From Octopus vulgaris (lineage: Eukaryota), in NCBI GenBank assembly GCA_951406725.2, contig OX597815.1, positions 116,126,001 through 116,190,000 of the forward strand: 64,000 nt of DNA, written 5' to 3'. Under the pieces are notes generated by a model. The model worked only from the letters and a program-made list of their open reading frames with translations, had not been told where the DNA came from and did not search any database. A program made the position numbers and the translations under genes. Each line of letters begins with the position of its first letter. The first letter of the stretch is position 1. Positions 52,680 to 64,000 of this stretch are shown piece by piece.

Positions 52680-53217
52680 TTGCGTCAGAAATTCTACATT
52701 AAATAGGTTAAATCAATTAACCTATGAGCTGTTCAAAACGTCTTACGCGATGAGAAAACTTAATATGGTGTGATTTCGGTCCTTGCGAGGCGCTACCTAT
52801 ATCTATTAAACAAAGGAAGATTTGTCTGCATCCGCACTCCAATTTGTTGCACTGCTATGTCAACATCACAAGGCTGTAGACTCTCAAACTGCTCTGCAAA
52901 CAAAGTTACGTCATCGTTCTGCGCAACAGTGAACTCGCAACAAAGCAATAGTTCGAGATATGGCCACTAGGTGACAGCACATACCTTGAGTGAAGAGCAA
53001 ATCAAGGGTGCTAATTAATTTCTGACGGTAGTGTATATATATATATATACATGCTTATTATATGTATATACAGGCATACTTCGACCTACGTCGACCATTG
53101 GTTCCAGGACATGGGTGGGACTCTACTCGAAACACGACGTAATAAGAAAAGGAATTTATGAAAAATATATTACCTTGTGTTTTAATAAATGATTTGTTCA
53201 TATATATGAATATATAC

Positions 53218-53267
<50 letters not shown>

Positions 53268-53504
53268 ATATATATATATATATATATATACGTAAATATA
53301 TATATCAGATTCAAACATGGCACAGAAGGACAACAAAGAAACAAATGGAAAATTCACACACAAGACCTAAATATACTCTTTCCTCATGAGTTATAGTCCA
53401 AAATTCATAACAATTTCATGTCTTTAATATATATGCATACATACATACATACATACATACATACATACATACATACATACATACATACATACATACATAC
53501 ATAC

Positions 53505-54075
53505 CTGGCGCTCCCGTTAGATAACAGTGGTCTTGGTTTTAAATAGCGTGAAACCGCTATGTTGTCTCAGAAACTGATAAGAAAATCAGCTACGAATGTT
53601 CCTTGTACCGTGTTTTTGTCTCCTCTTTCTATCTGTAATGTTTTCGCCCAGTCATCGTTTATTTTTCTCTTCTCTGTCCAACTTTTGTAATATTCACTGC
53701 AGTGCAATGTTTGTTTACTTAACTGTTAAAAATATTCCCCGAATATTTGTAGTGCGACTCTTTCTTCCCCGCATTTTCTTCTCTATTTTTTCTTTTTGCC
53801 TCTCTTGGATCCTGTCCCCTCTCCTTCCCTCTCTCTTACACTTCTGCCTCTCTCTCTTTCCCTCTCTCATTTCTTAGTCCCTCCGCCACTCTTCCTCTCT
53901 CCTACCACATGACCGGTGTCCAGTCAAAGCGCATCGTTCTTTTTCAGACTGCTGCTGACCAAACAAGACACGTTTGTGTTCTGTCTTTCAAGGACCTTTT
54001 CCCATCTCTTTGCGCTACATCTGTCTTGATAGCTGCAAAGGCTTTTTCTTTTTGTATCGCTTAGTGCTGTATACA
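53505..54075 (+). mobile_element. Microsatellite-adjacent pyrimidine-rich non-coding element, architecture similar to the 30.1 kb element
   Basis: Similar T/C-rich body and motif order; starts right after (CATA)n. Confidence 0.4.
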
Positions 54076-54094
54076 AATAATTATTCCTTACAAC

Positions 54095-54392
54095 TGTAAG
54101 GTTGAAACCTTTGCTTTAGATCGAGCTGGATGGCGAACAAAAGTATGGGGTGGAGTGAACGCTTTTGAGGAGACCAAGATGATACATGCAAGACTCAAGA
54201 GAGATTTAAAGAAGTATGTGGCGATTGAGAAAGTGAATCAGAGCGACCTTTTGCTGGGCTCAAATCTTATTTGCGGACCCATAAAAAACAAACCCCCACT
54301 AACTACTCTGCCGATATATCTGCGCACACTTTTCAATGCTATGTATGCCATAAGTTCTGCAAATCTAACGGAGGCCTCAAAAGATCCACAAA
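54095..54392 (+). mobile_element. RTE LINE 3' fragment
   Basis: ETFALDRAGWRTKVWGGVNAFEE.. and FQCYVCHKFCKSNGGLKR (RTE C-terminal zinc-finger-like motif). Confidence 0.7.
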
Positions 54393-54403
54393 CATTATTT
54401 ATA

Positions 54404-54575
54404 TTCTATATTTAAGAAATGAGGAATTATGTACATTATTTACAATTGACAGATATTTGTCCTCATCTTGTTTGTTGTTAACACAACGTTTCGGCTGATA
54501 TACCCGCCAGCTTTCATCAGGTGCCTTGGGGAAATTTCGAATCTGGGTTCTCATTCCTAAGGTATTTTTCGATGC

Positions 54576-54624
<49 letters not shown>

Positions 54625-54721
54625 TTTATTATTTTTATTATTATTATTCAGATTACTGTCTGGAATCGAACTCGGAATCTTTGGGTTAGTAGCCCGCACT
54701 CTTATCCACTACGCCGTATGC
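54404..54721 (-). mobile_element. Complete tRNA-head / (TAA)n / hammerhead element (SINE-retrozyme-like)
   Basis: Head CGGCGTAGTGGATAAGAGTGCGGGCTACTAACCC..GAGTTCGATTCC (A and B boxes), (TAA)n spacer, hammerhead, AT-rich tail. Confidence 0.8.
54480..54525 (-). ncRNA. Minimal type I hammerhead ribozyme
   Basis: GGCAC-CUGAUGA-A-AGCUG(GCGGGUAUAU)CAGCC-GAA-ACGU-U|GUGUU; one mismatch at the base of stem II. Confidence 0.7.
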
Positions 54722-55922
54722 AAACCATTGAAATACAGTACTGCTAATACTAACCAGGTGTCGCGAGTGGTGTAAAACACCACATGATATTACTAGTTAC
54801 AGACGCGTGGGCACAGATTAGCAATAAAGGCAAACAACTCATCACCTGTGGTATTGAGTACCCTTGGCTTCGTTAGTTTTCTATGGATTCTATCATCTAC
54901 TCTTCCTCTCCCTCTTTTAGTGGTCATCAAAGAGATGGATGAAAGAAATGAAAATTTATCCAATAAATTATTATAGATATCAGACAAAGTTGCAAATGTC
55001 ACGAAATATATTTCGCACTCTCCTATACAAAAATATGAAGCATTTCGTTTGTAAGAAATCAATATTTGTCCTGGCATTTTGTTGTTACTGAGATCCACTC
55101 CATGAGTAGATCCGTGATCAAAATGTTCTCGTTATAACCATCTATCTTCTTATCAAAACATTATTTTCAGATTTACATTATCTATAGCATTCTTGTTTTT
55201 AAGAGAATAGAGCTTGAACTGGGGGTATTTGGTTTCTATTTTTAGAAGGTCAAGTGATCGATTAAAGGTTCCCACATTAACTTATGGATACTGCCTCGTT
55301 AGCTCGCGTAGAGGCTCCCTCTCTATTTTGTTTACTAGTATTATTAATTAGTAAGTTCCTAACAATTCGAGTTCACGAGCCGGTTTTATTCAGTTTCTGG
55401 TTTATGCTATTTCGTTTCGTATAAGCTGTTAATGTGTTTGGGAAAGGTGTGAACATCTCACAATCATGTTATAAATATGAAGCATTGTAAATGTGTAAGC
55501 AATAAAAATCAATCGCACCGAGTAATATAATATTTGACAGGCAACTTGTAAACACTTCATCCGAAGAAGTACGTGTTTGTTAATGAAGTTATATGTTGCT
55601 TAGTATGTAATTTCTAAATACTTATATCGCCAGCAGGGTTGGTCAGTGTAAATAACGTGTTTGCATCGATATACTTGAAATGGTATTAAATTGAAACTGC
55701 AATTGTGTGCAATAACACGGAATCAGATCCACACATACAAAAAACGTATGCATACAGAATCATATGCACAAAAATGCGTGCTGACAGTCGCATACATACA
55801 CATTTATGCATAATTCACATACATGTGCCCATAAAAAAATTTACATGCATGCATTCATACATATACACATACAAATAATTGAATATAAATGTAAATGAAC
55901 TTATAAACACAAGCATATGTGT

Positions 55923-56009
55923 TGGCTTGGGATAAAAATTGCATATGGCTTGGGATAAAAATTGCATATGGCTTGGGTTAAAAATTGCATATGGCTTGGG
56001 ATAAAAATT
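55923..56009. repeat. 23-bp tandem repeat (GCATATGGCTTGGGATAAAAATT, about 3.8 copies)
   Basis: Read directly. Confidence 0.9.
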
Positions 56010-56493
56010 GGCCCCTTCTCATCATATATGAGCAATATCGAATGTCTTCATGCACTACCCGCCTGATAAGAAACTCAGACTGTCCCATGTACCTGGCGAT
56101 GGATCTGATTGACTTGGAGGAGTCGTTGTCAATCATGGCATGGATCTCACCAACAAATTCAGGAGTTCTTATCAGAACGATCAGAGTGAGTTTTCCGAGT
56201 TGCCATACCTTCATAATCACCATTAGACTCATTCAACTCTTTCCGAATCCTCAGATTGACACCTAAACACCCAGAAATGTTCGTATTAGAGCTTTCGACG
56301 CGAGTGCCAAGTAGTACAGCATGAGGTTCCCAAATTTCTGACAGAGTGAATTGCGTCATGGTGCTGTTTTTCTGACAGACGGTGCCCAACTGAACCTACT
56401 ATACTGTGTAGTTGACAAAATCAAAAACAAACAATGCGTATGCGTGAAATTAAAAATATAAAATAGTGACAATCTACCCATCGCACCCTGTAA
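55990..56493 (-). mobile_element. Tc1/mariner (maT-like) 5' fragment
   Basis: TA-CAGGGTGCG terminus; IRTPEFVGEIHAMIDNDSSKSIRSIARYMGQSEFLIRRVVHEDIRYCSY..RRGQFLSQ (HTH region). Confidence 0.75.
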
Positions 56494-56510
56494 ATATGTG
56501 TGTGTGTGTT

Positions 56511-56559
<49 letters not shown>

Positions 56560-58011
56560 TGTATTCTCATATGCACACACATTTTAACTGTTACTGAATC
56601 ATTGTTGATTGTTCCTTTAAATTATTCTTAAAAATTACCTTGAGTTCTTTTTCATACTGTTTAATATAACAAAAGAAAATCAGACCAACTAATACTAGAT
56701 TTTAAATTGGATGATATTAAAATATTAAAATTGACAATTCTGTATCCTCTTATAACTATTGTGTTTATGCCCAAGACACTCACTTCTTATAGGTTCAGTT
56801 TACATACTTTGGGATTAGATATCACAAGTTATGAAATGAAAACAGCTGAAATAAAGCAAAATTTTTTTTTTTTTAATAATGCCATGGTTTTCTTGAATCG
56901 AAATTCTGAATTAATTTCCCTAGCTTCCATTTATATTCCTAAGTGGTTATTACGTGATCCGGAACCTACTGATGTGAGAATAGAAGACGATACAAATATT
57001 TTTAAATGTAGACAGGTAGTCTTTTGCTTTGAATAAATTTAAACTCTAAATTCAAAATCCACATTACTAATGAGCCAGTTCTTCAGTCATTATATAAGGT
57101 AATGGTGAGATAATGGTGTCGATGGCCCATAATCCATTACCTATGCTTTAATGTTTCTATGACTAAGGCACTTAACTCACACTGGATTAATCTACCAAGC
57201 TTTCAATAAGCCGAGAATAAATATATCTGATTGCTGTAAGCAGGCTGAGTACTATTTAATAAATGAGCGTTGTGTTAACTTAAGGTTGCATGAGATCGTG
57301 GTTATACTGTGACCATGTTTAATCAATTTCCTCACCACTGTCCTAAAATCCAATCGATGTGAATTGATACAAGGTAAGTCTATATAGTTTTGAGAATTCC
57401 ATTGTAAACGATAGTATACTTGAAATGAAGATACATAAAAGATGAATAATTTTCCTTCAGTTAACTGTTATTAACATCAGCACTGTTGCGTCACTATTGC
57501 GTCGACGGATAAATGCGTACCACATATGAAACAGTGATGTCTTCTGTTAATTCACTTCTAGCCTTCATTTAAAACTGTTGTTTCATTAAATACTACAGTT
57601 TTATTTTTGTACGATGGAGTATAAAGAAACCAACCATCCCCACCAACCATTTCCAGTATATTTACTTTTTATTAGAAGACAGTTTTAAATTTTCACTTGG
57701 TATATTTTATAGGTTGCAAATTGTTGAAGCAATCTATTCATTTTAGTCGAAAACGTTAATAGAGGTTGTTAACATCGTAAATAGCGGCTACTTAAAGTAA
57801 AGAAATAATACAAAGCAATACAAGTTCCATATACAAAGAATATGATATCGATTTATGGTGATAAGGAAAAAAGTTCCGCTTGTCTGTGACATCAACATAT
57901 TTCTCTGTGATGTGTGATGTAAAAAAAGTTAAAAGACTTGGATGTTGGACCATAAATATAACTCAATAAAAGTAGAGGATGTCACCACTAATTAACCGAT
58001 ATTCGACTTAC

Positions 58012-58113
58012 TGTGGTAAATCCTTATCTGAAAGTAGCGAATCAACTAAACACAAACGTAGACATAAAGAAGAGAAGCGATATCAGAGTGATATCTGTGG
58101 TAAATCATTCCCT
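58012..58113 (+). pseudogene. Decayed C2H2 zinc-finger array fragment
   Basis: CGKSLSESSESTKHKRRHKEEKRYQSDICGKSFP, a degenerate HTGEKPYxCDICGKSF repeat. Confidence 0.6.
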
Positions 58114-58725
58114 GATTCACACAAATTTGAATTCAGGTTAACCTTCAATGGGTAAACTTATAATCAAAACCATTCCTACCATGTTTTAACAGTGTATCTT
58201 AGACTACATTATTTATGGTGTCCATTTAAAAAATATATATAGAAATAGTATAGTTGTCACACTAGATACATTATGAGGAATAGACAGATTGAATGGTTCC
58301 GTAGAACAGGCATGAACAACATTTTACAAGAAGTGGGCTGCATGAGATAAGGCTTATCTACATGCGGATCACACTACTAAAAATATTCAAGGTAATTTTT
58401 TGTTAAACATGCTATTCAGAGAGTCCCTCGGGCTGCAATTTGCTCATGACTGACGTAGACGCACCATAGTTGGTTTTTGGACCAGCTCCAAAAACATTCG
58501 ATGTTATATTTCTCACAAGAAATGAGTTCCCAAAATACATCTTTGAAAAATCCTCATCAACCTTTCGACTCATTCAAAGTAATTTTTTTCCCCACATATT
58601 TTAGCATAAGCCAATATTTCTGAGGAAAACACGTTAATTTGTGTGTGACCAAAAAGAGCTCTTTAACCACACGAGAAAGTAACCTAATGCTTTACTGTAT
58701 AGCGTGGAAGAAATTGCGCTCAATA

Positions 58726-59231
58726 CCGTAAATCCTCGAGTATAATCCGCATTTTTTCCCCAAAATTTAAAAGTCAAAATCCCTAGTGTGTACTATATAC
58801 GAGGTTAAAAGCGAAAATTATTTTCTAAGCAATGTCCGAGTTTCTATTTGCTGTCTGGCAATGTTTATTCAGACGCATTTTGTGATGTCGGGTGCGAAAA
58901 TACCTTAAGCTAAGCCTGAAAGCAATGAAGCCTTAAAAGAATCAGCCATAACTTGCAGTAAGCAACATTTATTAAACGTTATTACTGGTATTTCTTTATT
59001 TTCTGTAAACAAAATGCACAAAAAAGCTACACGTTTGCATTGTTGTGCAATAATAATAAAGGACGTTACCATATATATTTTTACAAATCAATGACGTTAT
59101 ATAGACCTCCTTGACTCAAGTTAGAGAAGGGGTGCGTATTATACACAAGGTTTAGGTTTTTCAGAGGTACAGCCCCCTAAAAATCCCCTGCGTATTATAC
59201 TCAAGGGCGGACTATACTCGAGGATTTACGG
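58726..59231. mobile_element. pogo/Tigger-type MITE
   Basis: 25-bp TIRs CCGTAAATCCTCGAGTATAATCCGC / GCGGACTATACTCGAGGATTTACGG (one mismatch); TA TSD. Confidence 0.9.
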
Positions 59232-59554
59232 TACTTATAAAACCGATACAAAAATGTTTCAGTTACAAGGCGACATACCGAATGAAGTATACAATGAATT
59301 CTTCGTTTATTGAAATTTACTACTAGATAGGAGAAAGGAAGCAAAAACTTAGCAGTAATTGTTCACAAATTCCGAAATCATCTCCATTTTTCTTTGGGGG
59401 TCGTTGACTGTTACCGCCATAATTTAGGAATTTATTGAGAAACCTATTCAGTACACTGCATTTTAATTTTAATTATCTAAATTCATATCATTAGCTCATT
59501 CGAGTTATCTATTTCCCTTCGCAATTTTTATGTTTAATTACACAAATATAGTCA

Positions 59555-59965
59555 CAGGCGTGGCTGTGTGATAAGAAGTTTGCTTCCTAACTACATGGTT
59601 CCAGGTTCAGTCCCACTGTGTGGCACCTTGATCAAATGTCTTTTACTACAGCTCCGGGCTTGTGAATGGATTTGGTTGACGGAAACTGAAAAAAGGCATG
59701 TTGTATATGTCTGTGTGTGTGTGTGTGTGTGTGTGTAGTGAGTGTCTTTGTATCTGTGTTTCTCCACCCCACCATCGCTTGACAGCCGATGTTGGTGCGT
59801 TTATTTCCGTGCAGCTTAGCGGTTTGGCAAAAGAAACCGATAAAATAAGTTCTAGGCTTACAAAAAAATAAGTTATGGAGTCGATTTATTGGACTGAAAG
59901 CCTTTAAGGCGGTGCTCCAGCATGGCCGCAATCCAATGACTTGAACGAGTAAAAGAATGAAAGAA
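59555..59965 (+). mobile_element. SINE family B, full length
   Basis: CAGGCGTGGCTGTGTGATAAGAAG..GGTTCAGTCCCACTG..; tail GAGTAAAAGAATGAAAGAAT. Confidence 0.85.
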
Positions 59966-60069
59966 TATATATATATATATGTATGTGTGTGTGAGTGTGT
60001 GTGTTTGTGTGTGTAACAATTATATGTAGCAAATAAATGATAGGAAGAAAATATTAGTTGAAGTGGCCC

Positions 60070-60290
60070 TCTTTACTCTTTTAGTCTTTTACTTGTTTCA
60101 GTCATTTGACTGTGGCCATGCTGGAGCACCGCCTTTAGTCGAGCAAATCGTCCCCAGGACTTATTCTTTTTAAGCCTAGTACTTATTCTATCGGTTTCTT
60201 TTGCCGAACCGCTAAGTTACGGGGACGTAAGCACATCAGCATCGGTTGTCAAGCGATGTTGGCAGGACAAACACAGGCACAAAAACATAA

Positions 60291-60300
<10 letters not shown>
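60070..60300 (-). mobile_element. SINE family B, 3' half
   Basis: Reverse complement of the family B tail. Confidence 0.8.
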
Positions 60301-60345
<45 letters not shown>

Positions 60346-60613
60346 TACGAATTTTTGTTACCAGCTCTTGTGTTATCGAACAGAAACTGCTCTTCTAAAT
60401 CGCTTAAACTGCTAAATAAAAATGCTGCTTGTACAAAAACAACGAACTGTTCTTCAGGTGCATGAACAAAACGAAATGATATTAAGGATATAGTCAGGCA
60501 GTTCTACCGACTCGTTTGTTTTATTTAGAGAAAAATAACTAGAATAAGGATGAAGAAGAGAAAAAGAAAGATAGCGTGGAGAAAAGGATAACGGAGCAAA
60601 AACCGATAGATAC

Positions 60614-60776
60614 TGGCATGGTTGCGGGGTTAAGAAGCTAGATTTGTAACGACATGGTTTCGGTTTCAGTCCAACTGCACTGCACCTTGGATAAGTGTCT
60701 TCTATTATAGCTGAGAGCTGACCAATGATCAGTGAGTGAATTTGGTAGATGGAAATTTGTGTAGAAGCCCACCGTA
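60614..60776 (+). mobile_element. SINE family B, 5' half
   Basis: Head and core match other copies. Confidence 0.7.
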
Positions 60777-61076
60777 CATATGTCTGTTGTGTGTTTATAG
60801 TTTTAAAGACATGTCATTATATTTGTCACATATTTCTCCGAGAAGGGACTTATAAATATTTTGAAATAAAGTTCAAAAGTATTAGACAATAGACTGTTAA
60901 CAATGAGAAGAGATAAAAAAAACAAGAGTATATTTATTCATATATCAAAATCTCATGAATATTTTTTCTTTAGTCATTAATACAATATTAACTGTCGTTT
61001 TTATGACTTGACTATATTATATTATAACCAATTACACTGTTATTTCTTTTGGAATATCATATATTATTAAATAAAC

Positions 61077-61118
<42 letters not shown>

Positions 61119-61909
61119 AAAAACAGAAAGAAAGAGAGGGCTAGAAAGAATGTGAGAGAGGGTGGGGGAAGGAGACAAAAGTGAATAAAAATTACAAGAG
61201 GTAAGAAAAATAAAGGCAGCAGAGAAATTAGAAGAAAGAAAAATAGAAACATTACCGTCTTTATTTTCAGTACATTGCAAATAGGTTTAATGGTGATAGA
61301 TTAGCAAAATTATTAGAGCATCGGGCTAATGCCTTGTGATATTTGTTCTGGCTTTTACATTCAGAGTTCCAGTAAAATTTAACCGAGTAATAATTAATCA
61401 AGGTCTAATTCCAATTATCCCTTAATAATTATTAAGTTAGAGAAAAGTTAGACGAAATAAGATTGAATAGGCAAAGATGGAAGATGAATATAACCCCCCG
61501 GCACTCCTCCCTAAAAATTCTAGGATACTGAAATTTTAACGAAAAACCTTTTCTATTTGCTGGGGAATCTAATTAATAATTCATTACGCTCATTTATGAA
61601 ACTATCTTTATGCTGCGGAATGTCTAATGCCTCTTATGAACATATAGTGCACTCGCTTTCACGACCCCTTGTAGGCTGTTCTTAAAACGGACCAAGATAT
61701 TTCGTAGGCTCTTTTCTGATTTTGAAATCTATAATAATGATGCTTAATAACTAGATTAAAACCTTATTTATTCGTTTCACTTATTCAGGAGGTAAATATT
61801 CATTTTGTGCATTCCTGGCTTCATTTTCTTCCTTTTTCAATCCTGCAGTATATATTCTTAGAGCAAAAGGCTACTGTATTATAACCAACAATGAATTGTA
61901 TGTATGTAT

Positions 61910-62240
61910 GTCCTTATTCAGTTTATTTCAAGATTTCTTGCCAATAGAGAAAGAACTGGTTTCTAACCTGTATGTATGTATGTGTATGTATGTATGTATG
62001 TATGTATGTATGTATGTATGTATGTATGTATGTATGTGTATCTATGTATGTGCAGATATGTATGTTTTATGTATGTATTCTCATGCATATAGTTGCATAT
62101 CTAGACATGCTCATATATATTTAAATGATAAACTTCTGGAAAGTTTTACAAATTTTTACAGTTCCAGTGATGGATTGGATCTGTAGTCTTCGAATTAGCT
62201 TTCTCCTTTCTGGTTTTGAGAAGCCTAATTTCTCAAGAAA
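61910..62240 (-). mobile_element. Second copy (3' end) of the (CATA)n-embedded RLE LINE
   Basis: Reverse-complement match to about 1460-1890; (TATG)n at both junctions. Confidence 0.85.
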
Positions 62241-62325
62241 TGTATGTATGTATGTATGTATGTATGTATGTATGTATGTATGTATGTATGTATGTATGTA
62301 TGTATGTACGTATGAGTGTGTGTGT

Positions 62326-62356
<31 letters not shown>

Positions 62357-62539
62357 TGATGGTGAATGAAGACTACACGAACTTCCAAAATATAAAAATC
62401 AACACGGAGAGTAATTCCGTCATTAATTTTTTTTTACTTTTTGAATACGAACTATGAAATAAATTGAAAATGTCTTCTCCCAAATAATGCGTATACAACC
62501 AGTGAGCTGGAGACGACGAAAGGCTCGTAGGATCCTCCG

Positions 62540-63690
62540 ACGATATAATAGGGTTGAGGGGTGGAAAAGGAGGGGAAAGGGGGTGCGGTTAGGGGGTTGG
62601 TATGGGAATGGAGGGAGGGCGGTGGTGCGATCGATTCGACGAGTGCGAGTAAGGGCGGTTTGGACAAGGGTTGTGGGGTATCCTCAATGCATGAACAGGC
62701 GGGCAAGGTACTGGGACTGAGTCTCAAAATCCTGGTCCCGGCTGCACAAGCGTCGGAGGCGGAGGAACTGGGAGTAGGGGATGGCCCGTTTGGTGTGGAA
62801 GGGATGGGAGGAGGGGAAATTGAAGTAGAGGTGGGAATCTGTGGTTTTAAAGAAGGCGGAGGTGGTGAGAGAGTGGGAGGGGTGGTCAATGATAAGAGAG
62901 ATATCAAGGAAATTAACCGAGGTGTTAGAGATAGGAGAAGTGAATTGAAGAGAATGGTGGGAGTTAGAGAGGAAAGAGATGAAGTTCCTGAGTTGTTCAC
63001 GGGAGAGGAAGGTGGCACCTATACAGTTATCTATGTAGCTCTGGGGTCAGCCCGGAGAATTGGGAGAATGCTTGGGCCTCAATGTGACCAACAAATAGGT
63101 TGGCGAAATTGGGGCCCATTCTCGTTCCCATCGCTACCCCTAACCATGTTGGTAGGTTTCCCCGGCGAACGTAAAGCAGTTGAGGGCGAGGACGAGCTCT
63201 GCCAGGCGAAGAAGGGTGGGGGTGCTGAGTGTGGGGTAAGGGCGACGGTGGAGGAAGTATTGAGAGCTAAGAGACCTCGTTGTGGGGAATCACCGTGTAT
63301 AAGGAGTTGATGTCCAAGGTGAAGAGGAGGTGTGATGGGTCGGGAGGGAAAGAAAAGGAATTGAAGAGCCAAAGGTTGTGATTAGTATCGTGTATGTGGG
63401 ATGAGAGGGCAGCAACAGGATGCGGTCAAAGTATTTGGAAATGAGTTCGGTGGGGCAATTACAGGTAGAAACGATAGGGCGGCCAGAGTTGTTAGGTTTC
63501 TGTATTTTGGGAAGGAAATAGATGGTGGAGGTACGGGGTATTCGGACGATGAGGTTGGTGGCGGTGAGGAAGAGCAGAAGAGGATCGAGATCACGGATGG
63601 TGAAGGGCACTCGCTGTTTGTAGGAGGAGGTGTGGTCGGAGGGGAGGAGGCGATAGAAGAGGGGATTTTAAAGTTGGCTGAGCACTTCCT
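62540..63690 (-). mobile_element. Penelope-like reverse transcriptase fragment (frameshifted)
   Basis: IYFLPKIQKPNNSGRPIVS, LFTLDINSLYTVIP, GVAMGTRMGPNFANLFVG, YIDNCIG, VNFLDI, SSHPFHTKRAIPYSQFLRLRRLCS. Confidence 0.9.
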
Positions 63691-63834
63691 ACACACACAT
63701 ACACACACGCACACACACTCACACGCACACTCACACACACATGCAAACACACACACACACACTCATATATTACAATGTAAAGCTTGTCTGAAGAAATCAA
63801 CCAATCAACTAACCGACATTTATCTTTCATCTTT

Positions 63835-64000
63835 TATTTGTTTCTTTCATTGGACTGCAGCCATACTGGGACACCTTGAAGAATTTAATCAAACAAATCG
63901 ACCTAGTGCTTTTTAAAAAGAATTGTGCAACTTATTCTATCGTCCTCATTTTGCCGAACCGCTAAGTTACGGGGACGTAGACAAACCAACATCAGTTGTC
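63835..64000 (-). mobile_element. SINE family B, 3' half (runs off the window)
   Basis: TTTGCCGAACCGCTAAGTTACGGGGACGTA. Confidence 0.7.

Noticed and set aside
52034-56009. Short tandem repeats as CRISPR-like arrays
   Set aside because: No unique spacers, no cas genes, and a eukaryotic context.
62561-63310. 249-aa Gly/Glu-rich plus-strand ORF
   Set aside because: Antisense shadow of the C-rich Penelope RT.

Overview
A repeat-dominated, AT-rich eukaryotic window with no recognisable intact protein-coding gene. The SINE families, dense microsatellites and a C2H2 relic suggest an octopus (coleoid cephalopod); this is inference. Almost all supplied ORFs are microsatellite artefacts. The real content is decayed mariner/Tc1 and hAT transposases, several MITEs (some with clear TIRs and TSDs), CR1, RTE and L1/Tx1 LINE fragments, two R2-group (R4/Dong-like) restriction-like-endonuclease LINEs, Penelope RT and GIY-YIG fragments, many tRNA-derived SINEs and a truncated tRNA-Glu. 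The main unexplained signal is a set of unrelated short non-coding elements, mostly embedded in (TA)n tracts, that carry minimal type I hammerhead ribozymes with palindromic stem III. Near-canonical copies are at 48629-48680, 48890-48941, 49519-49595, 52329-52368 and 54480-54525. Some elements fuse a tRNA-like Pol III head to the ribozyme, and several are arranged as head-to-head inverted pairs. Different retroelement classes also appear to occupy different microsatellites: (TA)n, (TAA)n and (CATA)n. All folds and translations were done by eye and coordinates may be off by a few bases.
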